From: Octopus sinensis
Taxonomy: Eukaryota
DNA length: 64,000 nt
Assembly: GCF_006345805.1 (NCBI RefSeq)
Contig: NC_043010.1
Coordinates: forward strand, 67,766,001 to 67,830,000
Reading direction: 5' to 3'
The position numbers and the translations under genes are program-made. The first letter of the stretch is position 1. Every line of letters starts with the position of its first letter. Shown here piece by piece: positions 25,425-36,624 of this stretch. Under the pieces are notes generated by a model. It saw only the letters and a program-made list of their open reading frames with translations, did no database searches and was not told the origin of the DNA.

Positions 25425-25625
25425 TTGTGTGTCTGTGTTTGTCCCCCTAGCATTGCTTGACAACCGATGCTGGTGTGTTTACGTCCCTGACACTTAGCGG
25501 TTCGGCAAAACAGACCGATAGAACAAGTACTGGGCTTACAAAGAATAAGTCCCGGGGTCGATTTGCTCGACTAAAGGCGGTGCTCCAGCATGGCCGCAGT
25601 CAAATGACTGAAACAAGTAAAAGAG
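25229..25625 (+). mobile_element. SINE family A, near full length
   Basis: tgtggtaagtagcttg..ggttcagtccc..ccttgggcaagtg..(TA)n..cagcatggccgcagtcaaatgactgaaacaagtaaaagag. Confidence 0.9.
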
Positions 25626-26119
25626 AGAGAGTAAGAGTATATGTATGTGTGTCTTTGTGCCTGTGTTTGTCCCTCGACCATCACTTGACAACCGATGTTG
25701 ATGCATTTATGTCCCTAGCAGTTCAGCAAAAGAGACCAATAGAATAAGTATTAGGTTTACAAAGCGTAAGTCCCGGGGTTGATTTCTTCAGCTAAAAACC
25801 CTTTAAGGCAGTGCTCCAGCATGGCCACAGTCAAATGACCGAAACATATAAATGAATAAACTATGTTATACGAGCACTGTATTTCAACTCTACCTTTCAT
25901 ACCATCTGTATGTTGTTGTTTACATTTTGGTCAAGAGGATTGCCATACAAGATGTAATACTTGTATTTCTGATCAGGATGTTTTATGTAACTGCAACTGA
26001 GCACCAAGATGTCATGCGACACTGCTATGATTTTGTTGTCATCCATCTGTTGCCAAAAAACTGACAGATGAATGAAAGTTTAATATTTCTCTCATTTTTC
26101 TAGGATGTTTCATTTAGAT

Positions 26120-26369
26120 CAGAGATTCTCAACCATTTTTTACTTTTCATCTCTTTTGATTCTTCTATTTACTCAGATCTGCCCTCCTAGCCATTCGATG
26201 TCTAAAAAATTATATATTTATAATAAAATATAAGGAATTGTATGTTAAAAAATTGCTAAAATATTTTGTGTATTTTAGAAGTATAACCAATTTATAGCAC
26301 ATAAATTTTAACAAGAAAATCTTACGTGGAACCCTAAGGGTCCTAAAGGACTCCAGATGGGAACCACTG
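26120..26369. mobile_element. hAT-type MITE with 8-bp TSD
   Basis: Ends cagagattctcaacc / gggaaccactg; perfect TSD atttagat at 26112-26119 and 26370-26377. Confidence 0.85.
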
Positions 26370-26397
26370 ATTTAGATAATAAAAAAATATTTCTTAA

Positions 26398-26618
26398 CCC
26401 TTTCGATACCAACCCGGCTGAAACCAGCTCTGGCTCTGAGAACAAATGTCTTGTTTTTATAAGTTTTTAATTAAAATTTTCCACCAAACCTTAGTCACAA
26501 GTTATGTTCCTAACACTAGCTGAATGATAACTAAGTTATTTTACTAAATTCCTTGTTATATTTAAAATTAATTGAAAGAAACACAGAGCATCTCAAAATA
26601 AATACAGTAACGAAAGGG
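26398..26618. mobile_element. TTAA-flanked piggyBac-type MITE (a partial second copy at 26650-26770)
   Basis: TTAA|ccctttcga..tac ... gtaacgaaaggg|TTAA. Confidence 0.8.
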
Positions 26619-26899
26619 TTAAAATATATAATAGAGAAACAATTTTTAACCCTTTTGATACCCACCCAGGTGAAACTGCCTCTGGTTCTGTAGTACAAAT
26701 GTCTCAAAAATCTTCCACCAAACCTTAGTCACAATTTATGTTCCTAACACTAGCTTAATGATAACTAAGATCATCATCAAACATCCATTGTCCATACTAG
26801 CATGGGCTGCACAGTTTGTCTTGGCTGGCTTGTGACAAGTGGCCGTGACCTTTGGCAATATACTATGCTTGAGATGACCTGTCAGGCCAAGTGAAATTG

Positions 26900-27415
26900 T
26901 CGTGGCTGATGCTGGTGTTACAGAACTGGCACCCATGTCAGTGATACATAAAAACCACCCATTACACTCTTGCAGCAGTTAGCATCAGGAAGGGCATCCA
27001 GTCGTAGAAACCATGCCAAATCAGATTGGACACTGGTGATTTTAGCACAGCTGTCTGGACGTTGAGCCTATTTTGGTGACTGTGGATTTGGTGCTGGTGA
27101 CAAATTTACACGCTTGTACATGATGCTTGCATATGTAGAAATAGATACGGGCTTGAGAAGACCTGTCAAGCCAAGTGAGATCATAGTTTTGGGGAGTGCT
27201 GGTGTTTCGTAACTGGCACCCATGCTGGTGGCATGTAGAAAGCACCCACTACATGCTTGGAGTGGTTGGCATTAGGAAGGTCATCCAGCTGTAGAAACCA
27301 TGCCGAATTTGATCAGAACCTGGTGTGGCTCCCCCAGCTTACCAGCTTTAAGTCAAACTGTCCAACCCATGCCAGCATGGAAAATGGACGTTAAATGATG
27401 ATGCTGATGATGATG
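26900..27415 (+). mobile_element. Two diverged family C SINE-like copies
   Basis: ggaagggcatccag..gtagaaaccatgcc twice; (gat)n tail at 27398-27415. Confidence 0.7.
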
Positions 27416-27498
27416 TTACCGTGCTTTGAAATATTAAGAGGTTGTGGGTTAGAAAACAAAAACAAAAAAGTTACTGTTAGTTTGGTGTGGTTACCTAC

Positions 27499-27662
27499 AT
27501 TGGCACAGGAAATATGAGTAGTAGTCAAGTTCAAATTATCGCAGAGATCTACAGGTTGGCAGGAGTAGCGTTCCTGGACAGATAGTGCTCCGCTGATCAA
27601 GGCAACAGTAGTATTTTTCACACACATGCCATCCGTTAGATGGCATTCTTCGTACTGTTGAC
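27499..27662 (-). CDS. Exon 4 of three-finger membrane protein (domain 2)
   Basis: Acceptor tattgtattttcag, donor gtaggt, 164 nt, phase 1 to 0. (G)QQYEECHLTDGMCVKNTTVALISGALSVQERYSCQPVDLCDNLNLTTTHISCAN. Confidence 0.92.
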
Positions 27663-27859
27663 CTGAAAATACAATATAGAGATTTAGAAAATGAAATCAT
27701 CATTGTATGTTACATGAGCAGAAGGAAGTAATAAGAGGGCAAAAGCCAGGGTGTTTCCCAACCTTTTTAACACCAAGACCTATGGATCTTTACCTTTTGA
27801 CCGACAGATTTAAAAAATAATTTTTTGTAACTAAACACTTTCAAAGTTGCTGCCTGACT

Positions 27860-29095
27860 CAGCTCCTACAACACTATGACTGGGTGTTGAAACAGCTGCT
27901 CAACCACTCAAATGTGGAAGTGATATATCTCGACTTTGCAAAGGCCTTTGATAAAGTCGATCATGGAATGATATGTCACAGACTGTGTGTTCCTGGCATG
28001 GGGCCATCTCCAATGACATGCAAATAGTGAGCGGTGTTCTGCAAGGCACTGTTTTGGGACCACTACTGTTCATAATGGCCCTCTCAGACATGCTTTCACC
28101 CACACAGAGAGCCATGTTCACAAGTTATGCAAATGATACAAAAGTTTCACAGGTAATACAGAACCCTGAAGACACTATGCACCTGCAATGTGAGCTGGAC
28201 GAAATATACAAGTGGGCTGAAAAGAATAGCATTCAGTTTAATACTGAAAAGTTTCAAGTCTTATGCTATCAGAATGCAAAAACTAAATGCAATATCAATT
28301 AAATAAACTGGACCTGCAGAGATTGCAATCCCAGAGGCACAGTCAGTGCGAGACCTGGGCATTTACATGAGTAATGCTGCAACCTTTCATGTGCATGTTG
28401 CTAAATTGGCAACGGAATGCAGGTGGTTGACCGGATGGATTCTTAGAACTTTTAGAACAAGAGACCAGGAAACCATGATGGTCGTCTGGAGGACACTTGT
28501 CCTAGGCCACTTTGACTATTGCTCTCAGCTATGGTCACCAACAAGTGTCAAATTAGTCTCAGAACTTGAGGCAATCCAACGAAGCTACACAAAGAAGATA
28601 TCCTCTATGCAGCATATAAGCTACTGGGAAAGACTCAAGAGATTAAGACTATTCCTTAGAGTGTAGGCGAGAAAGATATGCCTTAATATATATCTGGAAG
28701 GACTTGTCCCAAACTTTGGCATCGAGAGTTACACAAATACTAGAACTAGGCACCACTGCATAGTGCCAAGGACTCCAAATTTGCCATCAAGATGTAGGAC
28801 AAGATACTGCAATAGCCTAGGCTTCAGAGGTCCACAGCTCTTTAATATCCTCCTGAAGGACCTGAGAGACCTGCATGGGGTAGATGTAAGTATCTTTAAA
28901 ACAAAGCTGGACCTCTTCCCATCAAGTGTCCCAGATGAACCAACTTCGCGGTAGGAGGTGCAGATGAGGGCAGCTGCATCAAACTCTCTCATGCACCAAA
29001 TGTCAATTCCTAAAAAGCATTCGTGAAGTAAAATTATGTAGCAACACCAAATGGCGGTGCCCCAGCGTGGCCACAGCTTGTGAGCTGAAACTAGA
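27860..29095 (+). mobile_element. CR1-clade LINE, 5'-truncated reverse transcriptase remnant (pseudogenised)
   Basis: VIYLDFAKAFDKVDHG, SGVLQGTVLGPLLF, YANDTKV, RDLGIYM, FDYCSQLWSP, LEAIQRSYTK, GPQLFNIL; several frameshifts and stops. Confidence 0.92.
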
Positions 29096-29284
29096 TAAAA
29101 TAAAATAAAATAAAAATAATATATATATATATATATCATTATATATATTATATATATATATATATAATATATAAAACTTAGATATGTTTCGACCAAAGAT
29201 TGGTCCAGGCCATGTCTAACTTAATAACACCACCTGATAGGATTATCTAAATCCTGTTTAAGTCAAGTTTTGTTTATGGTCCAT

Positions 29285-29590
29285 TCAAGTAGTGAGCTTT
29301 TGTTGGGTGAGTTGTATCCAATTATGGGTGGCTTATCTGGTATTTTTTGAAAGAATCTATCCAGACTCCGTTGGGATCCTTTTCCTCTTTGATCTCCCTC
29401 GGGACAATGTTAAATAGGGCAGGGCCTGTTGATGAAAAGAAATTATGTTGCAGTGTACATGTATGCTGTGATCTTGAATTGGGCAGGGGACGTATGGCCC
29501 GTGGTCCCAGTCTTGGATGAACCTTGAAGCTAATGTTCAGGTCGTTTGGGCAAAGTTGGCGGTATATTCTCCACATCGTACAAATGATGT
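29285..29590 (-). mobile_element. Second CR1-clade LINE 3' fragment, inverted relative to the first
   Basis: HPRLGPRAIRPLP..HNFFSSTGPALFNIVPREIKEEKDP. Confidence 0.75.
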
Positions 29591-29768
29591 ACCATTATAT
29601 AATATATATATATATATATCACCCTGTACAAGTAAACAACATCATCAACAGGGCAGTGATGATGGGGCTGATGAGGATGATACAAACTACTGCCTCTGTA
29701 AATATACATCAGTCAACAATTGGTGCACATCACAGGAAACAATACTGAGGAAACCCAGCTGTACGTAC

Positions 29769-29904
29769 CTACAACAGTACCATTGAGCCTGGAGGCCTGG
29801 TAACATGTGGCAGTTATTGGTGGTTCTGGACCGGCTAGAGTATGGTTATTGCACTTGTTTCCCTCACAACAGATTAGCTGACCAGTAAGACCTTGATAAG
29901 ATGT
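29769..29904 (-). CDS. Exon 3 of three-finger membrane protein (end of domain 1, start of domain 2)
   Basis: Acceptor ctattttctttgcag, donor gtacgt, 136 nt, phase 0 to 1. TSYQGLTGQLICCEGNKCNNHTLAGPEPPITATCYQASRLNGTVV(G); contains the canonical CCx4CN end motif. Confidence 0.92.
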
Positions 29905-30037
29905 CTGCAAAGAAAATAGAATTATAAGCAGTTACATCAAAATTGCGAATGTGATTTTTCAAGCCTGTTTTTTTTATCGTAATAAACTTAACTGATACAA
30001 AAAAGATAAAGTTTGAACTTAGATTTTTAAAAAAAGT

Positions 30038-30495
30038 AGACGTAGGAGTGGCTGTGTGGTAAGTACCTTGCTTACGAACCACATGGTTCCAAGTTCAGTC
30101 CCAGTGCGTGGCACCTTGGGCAAGTGTCTTCTACTATAGCTTCGGGCTGACCAAAGCCTTGTGAGTGGATTTGGTAGACGGAAACTGAAAGAAGCCCATC
30201 GTGGTGCTATTAAGTTAGACATGGCCTGGGCCAATAATGGCCGAAACCTATCAAAGTATCAAAGTATCAAAGTATATATGTATATGTATATATATGTATG
30301 TGTGTGTGTGTATATGTTTGTGTGTCAGTGTTTGTTCCCCCCAACATCACTTGACAACTAATGCTGGTGTATTTACGTCCCCATCACCGATAGAATAAGT
30401 ACTAGGCTTACAAAGAATAAGTCCTAGGGTCGATTTGCTTGACTAAATGCGGTGCTCCAGCATGGCCACAATCAAATGACTGAAACAAGTAAAAA
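30038..30495 (+). mobile_element. SINE family A with a short foreign insert at about 30200-30275
   Basis: Family A head and tail; internal gtggtgctattaagttagacatggcc..gccgaaac segment. Confidence 0.85.
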
Positions 30496-30967
30496 CATAT
30501 AATAATGAGGTTTTATCACCCTCATCTTTTAATGTCCATCTTCTATGCTGATATGGGTCAAAGAATTTGACAGGATCTGATAGGACCAAGGACTTCATCA
30601 TACTCTAGTGTCTGTTTTGGTAGGGTTTCTACAGCAAGATGTCCTACCTAATGCCAACTACTTTACAGGGTGCAGTGAGTGCTTTATTTCATGTTGCTCC
30701 AGTCCACAATATTGTTTGAAAAAAACGTTATATGATATAATGTAAGAGGTAGCCTATCGAAAGAGGAAGAATACTTTTAGTGAATGTTAAATATAAAAGA
30801 AAATTAATGTTTAAATTATATATAATGATAGAGATTACTTATATGAACTAAAGGTGTGTTTTTGCCAATGTTTACATCGGTATGCACGCTCTATAACTGT
30901 TGTTTACTAGGGGATTTTTAGAAAAAATAATGAAAAATAGCTCAGAATTATTGACAAGTTTCATTTT

Positions 30968-31061
30968 TTCACTTCCCTGAAGAGAAGATTGCATTGTTTT
31001 ATACCATTTATTCTTTTGAATAATATCAGTGAAATCTTCGAAACATGTGTCGAAAGTAAAA
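30968..31061 (+). ncRNA. Type I hammerhead ribozyme motif with long stem II
   Basis: ACUUCC-CUGAAGA-GAAGAUU...AAUCUUC-GAAA-CAUGU-GUC|GAAAGU. Core intact (30977-30983, 31040-31043); one mismatch in stem I. Confidence 0.7.
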
Positions 31062-31089
31062 GTATTTGATTTATACCTGCGTTAAACTC

Positions 31090-31665
31090 CCGTTTGCCAG
31101 CTCTGTCTGGCCCCGTGTCGGTGGCACGTAAAAGCACCATCAGTTCGTGTCCGTTGCCAGCCTCGGCTGGCCCCCGTGCCGGTGACACGTAAAAGCACCG
31201 TCCGCTCGTGGCCGTTTGCCAGCTCTGTCTGGCCCCGTGTCGGTGGCACGTAAAAGCACCATCCGTTCGTGTCCGTTGCCAGCCTCGGCTGGCCCCCGTG
31301 CCGGTGACACATAAAAGCACCGTCCGTTCGTGGCCGGTTGCCAGCTCTGTCTGGCCCCGTGTCGGTGGCACGTAAAAGCACCATCCGTTCGTGTCCGTTG
31401 CCAGCATCGCCTGGCCCCGTGCCGGTGACACGTAAAAGCACCATCCGTTCGTGGCCGTTAGCCAGCTCTGTCTGGCACCTGTGCAGGTGGCACGTAAAAA
31501 ACACCTACTACACTCGCGGAGTGGTTGGCGTTAGGAAGGGCATCCAGCCGTAGAAACACTGCCAGATCTGACTGGGCCTGACGAAGCCTTCCAGCTTCAC
31601 AGACCCCAGTTGACCCGTCCAACCCATGCTAGCATGGAAAGCGGACGCTAAACGATGATGATGAT
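31090..31665 (+). repeat. Family C element with an expanded ~60-bp minisatellite (121-bp higher-order repeat)
   Basis: Alternating units gccagctctgtctggccccgtgtcggtggcacg and gccagcctcggctggcccccgtgccggtgacac, followed by the family C body. Confidence 0.9.
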
Positions 31666-31837
31666 GATATTATACAAAATGTTCCACATAAACCCGAAGT
31701 TTCTACCTTTAAAAACAAGGAGTTACAACCTTTTTACTTGTGTGATTTTTTGCTACCCTGGTAACTATTTATATATTTTTTCCGTGTTAATTGTTAACAA
31801 GGGTAAAATATACTCATCTATATATATATATATATAT

Positions 31838-32148
31838 GGCACGTAAAAAGCACCATCCGAATTGTGGCCGAAGCCAGTGCCGCCTCGACTGGCTTCCGTG
31901 CAGGTGGCACGTAAAATGCATCAATCCGACCGTGGCCGATGCCAGCCTCGCCTGGCACCAGTGCAGGTGGCACGTAAAAAGCACCCGCTACACTCACGGA
32001 GTGGTTGGCATTAGGAAGGGCATCCAGCTGTAGAAACATTGTCAGATAAGACCGGAGCCTGGTGCAGCCTTCTGGCTTCCCAGATCCCCGGTCGAACTGT
32101 CCAACCCATGCTAGCATGGAGAACGGACGTTAAACGATGATGATGATA
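31838..32148 (+). mobile_element. SINE-like family C
   Basis: Family motifs and (gat)n tail; very similar to 42868-43190 in inverted orientation. Confidence 0.88.
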
Positions 32149-32249
32149 TATATATAAAATTTAATAAGGGTAGAAATTGATATTAATCAATTAAAACCAG
32201 TGGCCTAGCATATTAAAAAAATCTGAAGATTAAAATATTTTTACATACA

Positions 32250-32411
32250 AAATTTAAAGCACTGACCACTAAAAGTGGACGGTCAACATGCTAGATATAG
32301 ACGTCAGAATTGCTATTTTGTGAAGAACACATTCTTTGTGGAAAATAACGATTTTCACATCTATATCTAGCATGTTGACCGTCCACTTTTAGTGGTCAGT
32401 CCTTTAAATTT
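32250..32411. mobile_element. Fold-back element with ~52-bp inverted arms
   Basis: aaatttaaagcactgaccactaaaagtggacggtcaacatgctagatataga and its reverse complement at 32360-32411. Confidence 0.85.
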
Positions 32412-32414
32412 CCC

Positions 32415-32670
32415 CGTGCCGGTGGCACATAAAAAGCACCATCCGATCGTGGCCGTCTGCCAGCCTCGTCTGGCATCTGTGCAGGTGGCACGTAAAAAGC
32501 ACCCAACTACACTCACGGAGTGGTTGGCGTTAGGAAGGGCATCCAGCTGTAGAAACACTGCCAGATCAGACTGGGCCTGGTGCAGCCTTCTGGCTTCCCA
32601 GACCCCAGTTGAACCGTCCAACCCATGCCAGCATGGAAAGTGGATGTTAAATGATGATGATGATGATGAT
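32415..32670 (+). mobile_element. SINE-like family C
   Basis: Family motifs and (gat)n tail. Confidence 0.85.
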
Positions 32671-32760
32671 ATATATAAGCTTTTCTCAATTTCTGGCTAT
32701 CAAGTGAATAAAAAGAAAAAGAGAAAAATAAAAAGAAAAGAAAAAAAAGCAGCAACTTAC

Positions 32761-32998
32761 ATTATTCTGAATGGTGATTGATGCTTGCTTACAAAGAAGC
32801 TGGTGGTCACAGGCAAACAAGATTCCTTGTGTCTTGTTGCCACTGATACCATTATTCTGGCTGGTGGTGTTGACATATTTAAAGACAATACAGTGTGAAA
32901 CCTTTGGCTCTGAACAGGCTACAATCCGGGTATTTGTGAAGTTGTCCCAGCTTCCGACGAAACAGCTCAGGGTAGAGTTGTCTTTATTTGTCAGGACA
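32761..32998 (-). CDS. Exon 2 of three-finger membrane protein (most of domain 1)
   Basis: Acceptor tttctttccgtatttcttcttcag, donor gtaagt, 238 nt, phase 2 to 0. (N)VLTNKDNSTLSCFVGSWDNFTNTRIVACSEPKVSHCIVFKYVNTTSQNNGISGNKTQGILFACDHQLLCKQASITIQNN. Confidence 0.9.
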
Positions 32999-33476
32999 CT
33001 GAAGAAGAAATACGGAAAGAAATAAGATTGGGATTTATAAAAACCTTTTTTTTTTTGTTTTGGAAAAGAGATTCAGTCAGAGGTCTGTCCCTTATGCCCA
33101 AAATGAAAAGATTTACTTTGGGTACAAGTCACACTCAAGAAGCAAAATACTATTTATGTTCCTTCCATGAAAAGGGTATTATAAAAGGAGAAAGGGACTC
33201 TCTACCCCCCTTTTGACCAGGCTCCCATGGCTTTTATGGGTTTTTCCACGTGAGACCTTTATTTTTTTCGAAGCGTCTCCTCTATTGGGAGTATTGTAAA
33301 TTGTTGAATTTTTTCGTTGTTGTAAAGCTTGTTTACACGGACTTTTTCCTTTCGAAAAACGGACAAAACCTTTTGTAACCTTTCGTCCTGTTTTGTCCCT
33401 TTATGTTTTCCAATCGTGTGTGTCAGCCCTTGTGGCCAATAAAAAGAATTAATTATTATTAACCTCGGTCCCTTAA

Positions 33477-33895
33477 AGGCGGTGAGCTGGCAGAAATGTT
33501 AGCACGCCGGGCGAAATGCTTAGCGGTATTTCGTCTGCCGCTACGTTCTGAGTTCAAATTCTGCCAATGTCGACTTTACCTATCATCCTTTCGGGGTCGA
33601 TTAAATAAGTACCAGTTATGCACTGGGGTCGATGTAATCGACTTAATCCCTCTGTCTATCCTTATTTGTCTCCTCTCTGTTTAGCCCCTTCTGGGTAGTA
33701 AAGAAATAGGTATTTCGTCTGCCGCTATGTTCTGAGTTCAAATTCCGCTGAGGTCGACTTTGCCTATCATCCTTTCGGGGTTGATTAAATAAGTACCAGT
33801 TACGCACTGGGGTCGATGTAATCGACTTAATCCCTTTGTCTGTCCTTGTTTGTCCTCTCTGTGTGTAGCCCCTTGGGGGCAGTAAAGAAATAAGA
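33477..33895 (+). mobile_element. Dimer of family B SINEs
   Basis: Two consecutive B units. Confidence 0.85.
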
Positions 33896-34074
33896 ATCAT
33901 TTGTGCACAGGATGAAATGCTTAGTGGTATTTCACCTGTCACAGCGTTTTGGGCTCAAATTCCACCGAGGTCGACAAATTAAGTACCAGTGAAACACTGG
34001 GGTCAATATAATCAACTAGTCCCTATCCCCCAAATTTCAGGTCTTGTGCCTATAGTAGAAAGGATTATTATTAA

Positions 34075-34453
34075 CCCACTAGCATTTAAACCAGTCAAAA
34101 TATTCTCCTTGTTTTATGCTCAACCCAGCCAGATCTGGCCTCTCACACCTACCTTACAATGTCATTCTAAAAGCATACAATCACATCACTGACATCTCAA
34201 AGCTACATGATGTACGAGTAATTCAAAACAATGTGAGTCAATAAGCATTACATTTGACAGAATATACCGTATTTTAACATGTATAAAGAACCCACATATA
34301 TAAGGAATCCCCTAATTTGGGGGGTTTAAAATTTGGAAAAAAGGTTTTGTAAAGGATTACAATACTATTTACAATAATATTTTTTAACATAATTTTTGAC
34401 AAAAAAAGTGTTCCTTATACACGTTAAAATATGGTAATCTGAATGGTAAAGGG
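34075..34453. mobile_element. TTAA-flanked MITE (related copies at about 35808-35997 and 39340-39545)
   Basis: TTAA|cccactagcattt...atctgaatggtaaaggg|TTAA; interrupted by a nested MITE. Confidence 0.7.
34267..34434. mobile_element. pogo/Tigger-type MITE with TA TSD, nested
   Basis: TA|ccgtattttaacatgtataa...ttatacacgttaaaatatgg|TA. Confidence 0.85.
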
Positions 34454-35219
34454 TTAAGGCATTGAGCTTGCAGAATTATTAGCATGCTAGGGAAAATGCT
34501 TGGCAGCATTTTGTCTGCTTTTACATCCCTAAGTATAAATTTGGTAGAGGCCAAATTTACCTTTCATCCCTTCAGGAGCGATAAAATTAAGTACCTGTTG
34601 CATACGGGGGTCGATGTAGCAACTAACCAGCTCTGCCAATATTTCAAGCCTTAAAGAAGCAGTAATCAATCAATCAATCATTAAATTAATGGGTTAATTA
34701 GTTAATTCAGTGAATAACAACAACAATAAGGCCAGAAATTGTGAGGGAAGGCACCAGTCGATTACATTAACACCAGTTCTCAACCCTGAAAGGATGAAAG
34801 GCAAAGTTGACCTCAGCAGAAATTGAACTCAGAATGTTAAGACTGACGAAATGACACTTAGTATTCTGCCCTGAGTGAAAACAATTCTGCCAGCTCACCA
34901 CTTCAGTATGATAAAAGAAACAAAGGTAACCAACATGTGTATTTCTACAAGCAAAATGACCCTCCCAAAGTACAACATCTGTTTCAACAAGATTTCATAT
35001 TTAAAAAAAAAGTTGCATAACAAATACAAAAATGATTACTTCCAACATCGTATGTTTAAACTAAAACAGTTACATTGTGGTACAGTCACAGTAGCCATTA
35101 AAACACACACGCACACAATATATTCGCTTGTTGTTCATACACCTGTCTTCATCTTTTGTAAATTTGAACTCTCTCTCAATCTTATGGCTAAGATCAAGGT
35201 CTAATATCTACTCCTAACA

Positions 35220-35254
<35 letters not shown>

Positions 35255-35350
35255 GTGGCTGAAGAAGGCTTTTGATCTATCTGTTATATCGATTATGCAT
35301 TGATGTGAGAATAAGTTGTTCTATAAAGCCCGAAACATATGTACTGCAAC
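35255..35350 (+). ncRNA. Partly decayed type I hammerhead motif between (TA)n tracts
   Basis: GUGG-CUGAAGA-AGGCUUU...AAAGCCC-GAAA-CAUAU-GUA|CUGC. Palindromic ACAUAUGU stem III; weak stem I; A.C mismatch at 10.1/11.1. Confidence 0.55.
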
Positions 35351-35387
35351 ATCCTTTGCGTCCTGTTTTTTTCATTTATTTCATTTG

Positions 35388-35422
<35 letters not shown>

Positions 35423-35668
35423 ATATATTATATATATATATATATTTATATATAAATTTATAAATAAGGATAATATCGATAGTTAAATATCGATCTTGTG
35501 GTTTTAAGGTCAGGGTTTTGACTGCTATTTCAGCATGGTGGTATCTCTCAGATACCCTAATTTATAGTTTTTATATATTATTATATACTCTTTACTTTTT
35601 TACTTGTTTCAGTCATTTGACTGCGGCCATGCTGGAGCACTGCCTTTAGTCGAGCAAATCGAGCCCAG

Positions 35669-35792
35669 GACACCTGATGAAGGCTGGAGGGTATATCAGC
35701 CGAAACATTGTGTTAACAACAAACAAGATGAAGACAAATATTCATGAAATATAAATAATGTACATAATTCCTCATCTCTTAAATATAGAACT
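35669..35792 (+). ncRNA. Minimal hammerhead motif plus downstream tail, same family as 58349-58443
   Basis: GACAC-CUGAUGA-A-GGCUG gaggguauau CAGCC-GAAACAUU-GUGUU. Near-identical to the 58349-58394 copy; fused at its 5' side to a SINE-A fragment. Confidence 0.55.
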
Positions 35793-36195
35793 GTATAAAT
35801 TAACACATTAACATTTAGACTGGCCATATCCAACCAAACTATTCTACTTGTTTTGTGTTTAAACCAACTAGATCCAGCTTCTTACACCTACCCTACAATG
35901 TCATTCTAAAAATAAACAGTAACAACACTGAAATCTCAAAGACATGGAAAGAGAGAAGCCTTACATTTGCCAGAGTAATATGAATGCTAAAGGGTTACAG
36001 GCAGTGGTCCCTTAACGTCATAACTTCATTTTATCTAACCACGTTTAAGAACCTTAATTACCACCAAACAATTGTGTGAGCTTTCTTCCTACCTTTAACA
36101 GGTACAGGAAACAGATACCAATCTACCCCAGTCTACAACGGAAACCACAACAGGTCCAAAAACCTTGGGCTGCCATCACAATATATACATACACA

Positions 36196-36590
36196 GGCAT
36201 GGCTGTGTAGTAAATAAGCGTGCTTTGCAACCGCATGGATTCGGGTTCAGTCTCACTGTGTGGAATTTTGGGCAAGTGTCTTCTACTATAGCCTCGGACT
36301 GACAAAAGCCTTGTGAGTGGATTTGGTAGATGGAAACTGAAAGAAGCTTGTCGTATGTATATATTTATGTGTGTATGTGTTTCTGTTTATCCTCACACTG
36401 CTTGACAACCAACGTTGGTGTGTTTACATCCCTGTAACTTAGCAGTTCGGCAAGAGAGACCAATGGACTAAGTACTAAGCTTACAAAGATTAATTCCTGG
36501 GATTGCTTTCTTTGACCGAAAAAATCCTATAAGGCAGTGCTCCAGCATGGCCGCAGTCAAATGAGTGGAAACGAATAAAAGAATACATGC
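36196..36590 (+). mobile_element. SINE family A, diverged
   Basis: Family A motifs. Confidence 0.8.
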
Positions 36591-36624
36591 ATACATACTA
36601 GCACTCTGTCGGTCACAAGAGCAA

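Noticed and set aside
31090-31500. CRISPR-like repeat array
   Set aside because: Units are contiguous with no unique spacers; eukaryotic context and no cas genes.
33030-33450. Possible further Penelope/hammerhead fragment
   Set aside because: No recognisable core; the region is rich in homopolymer runs that look like read noise.
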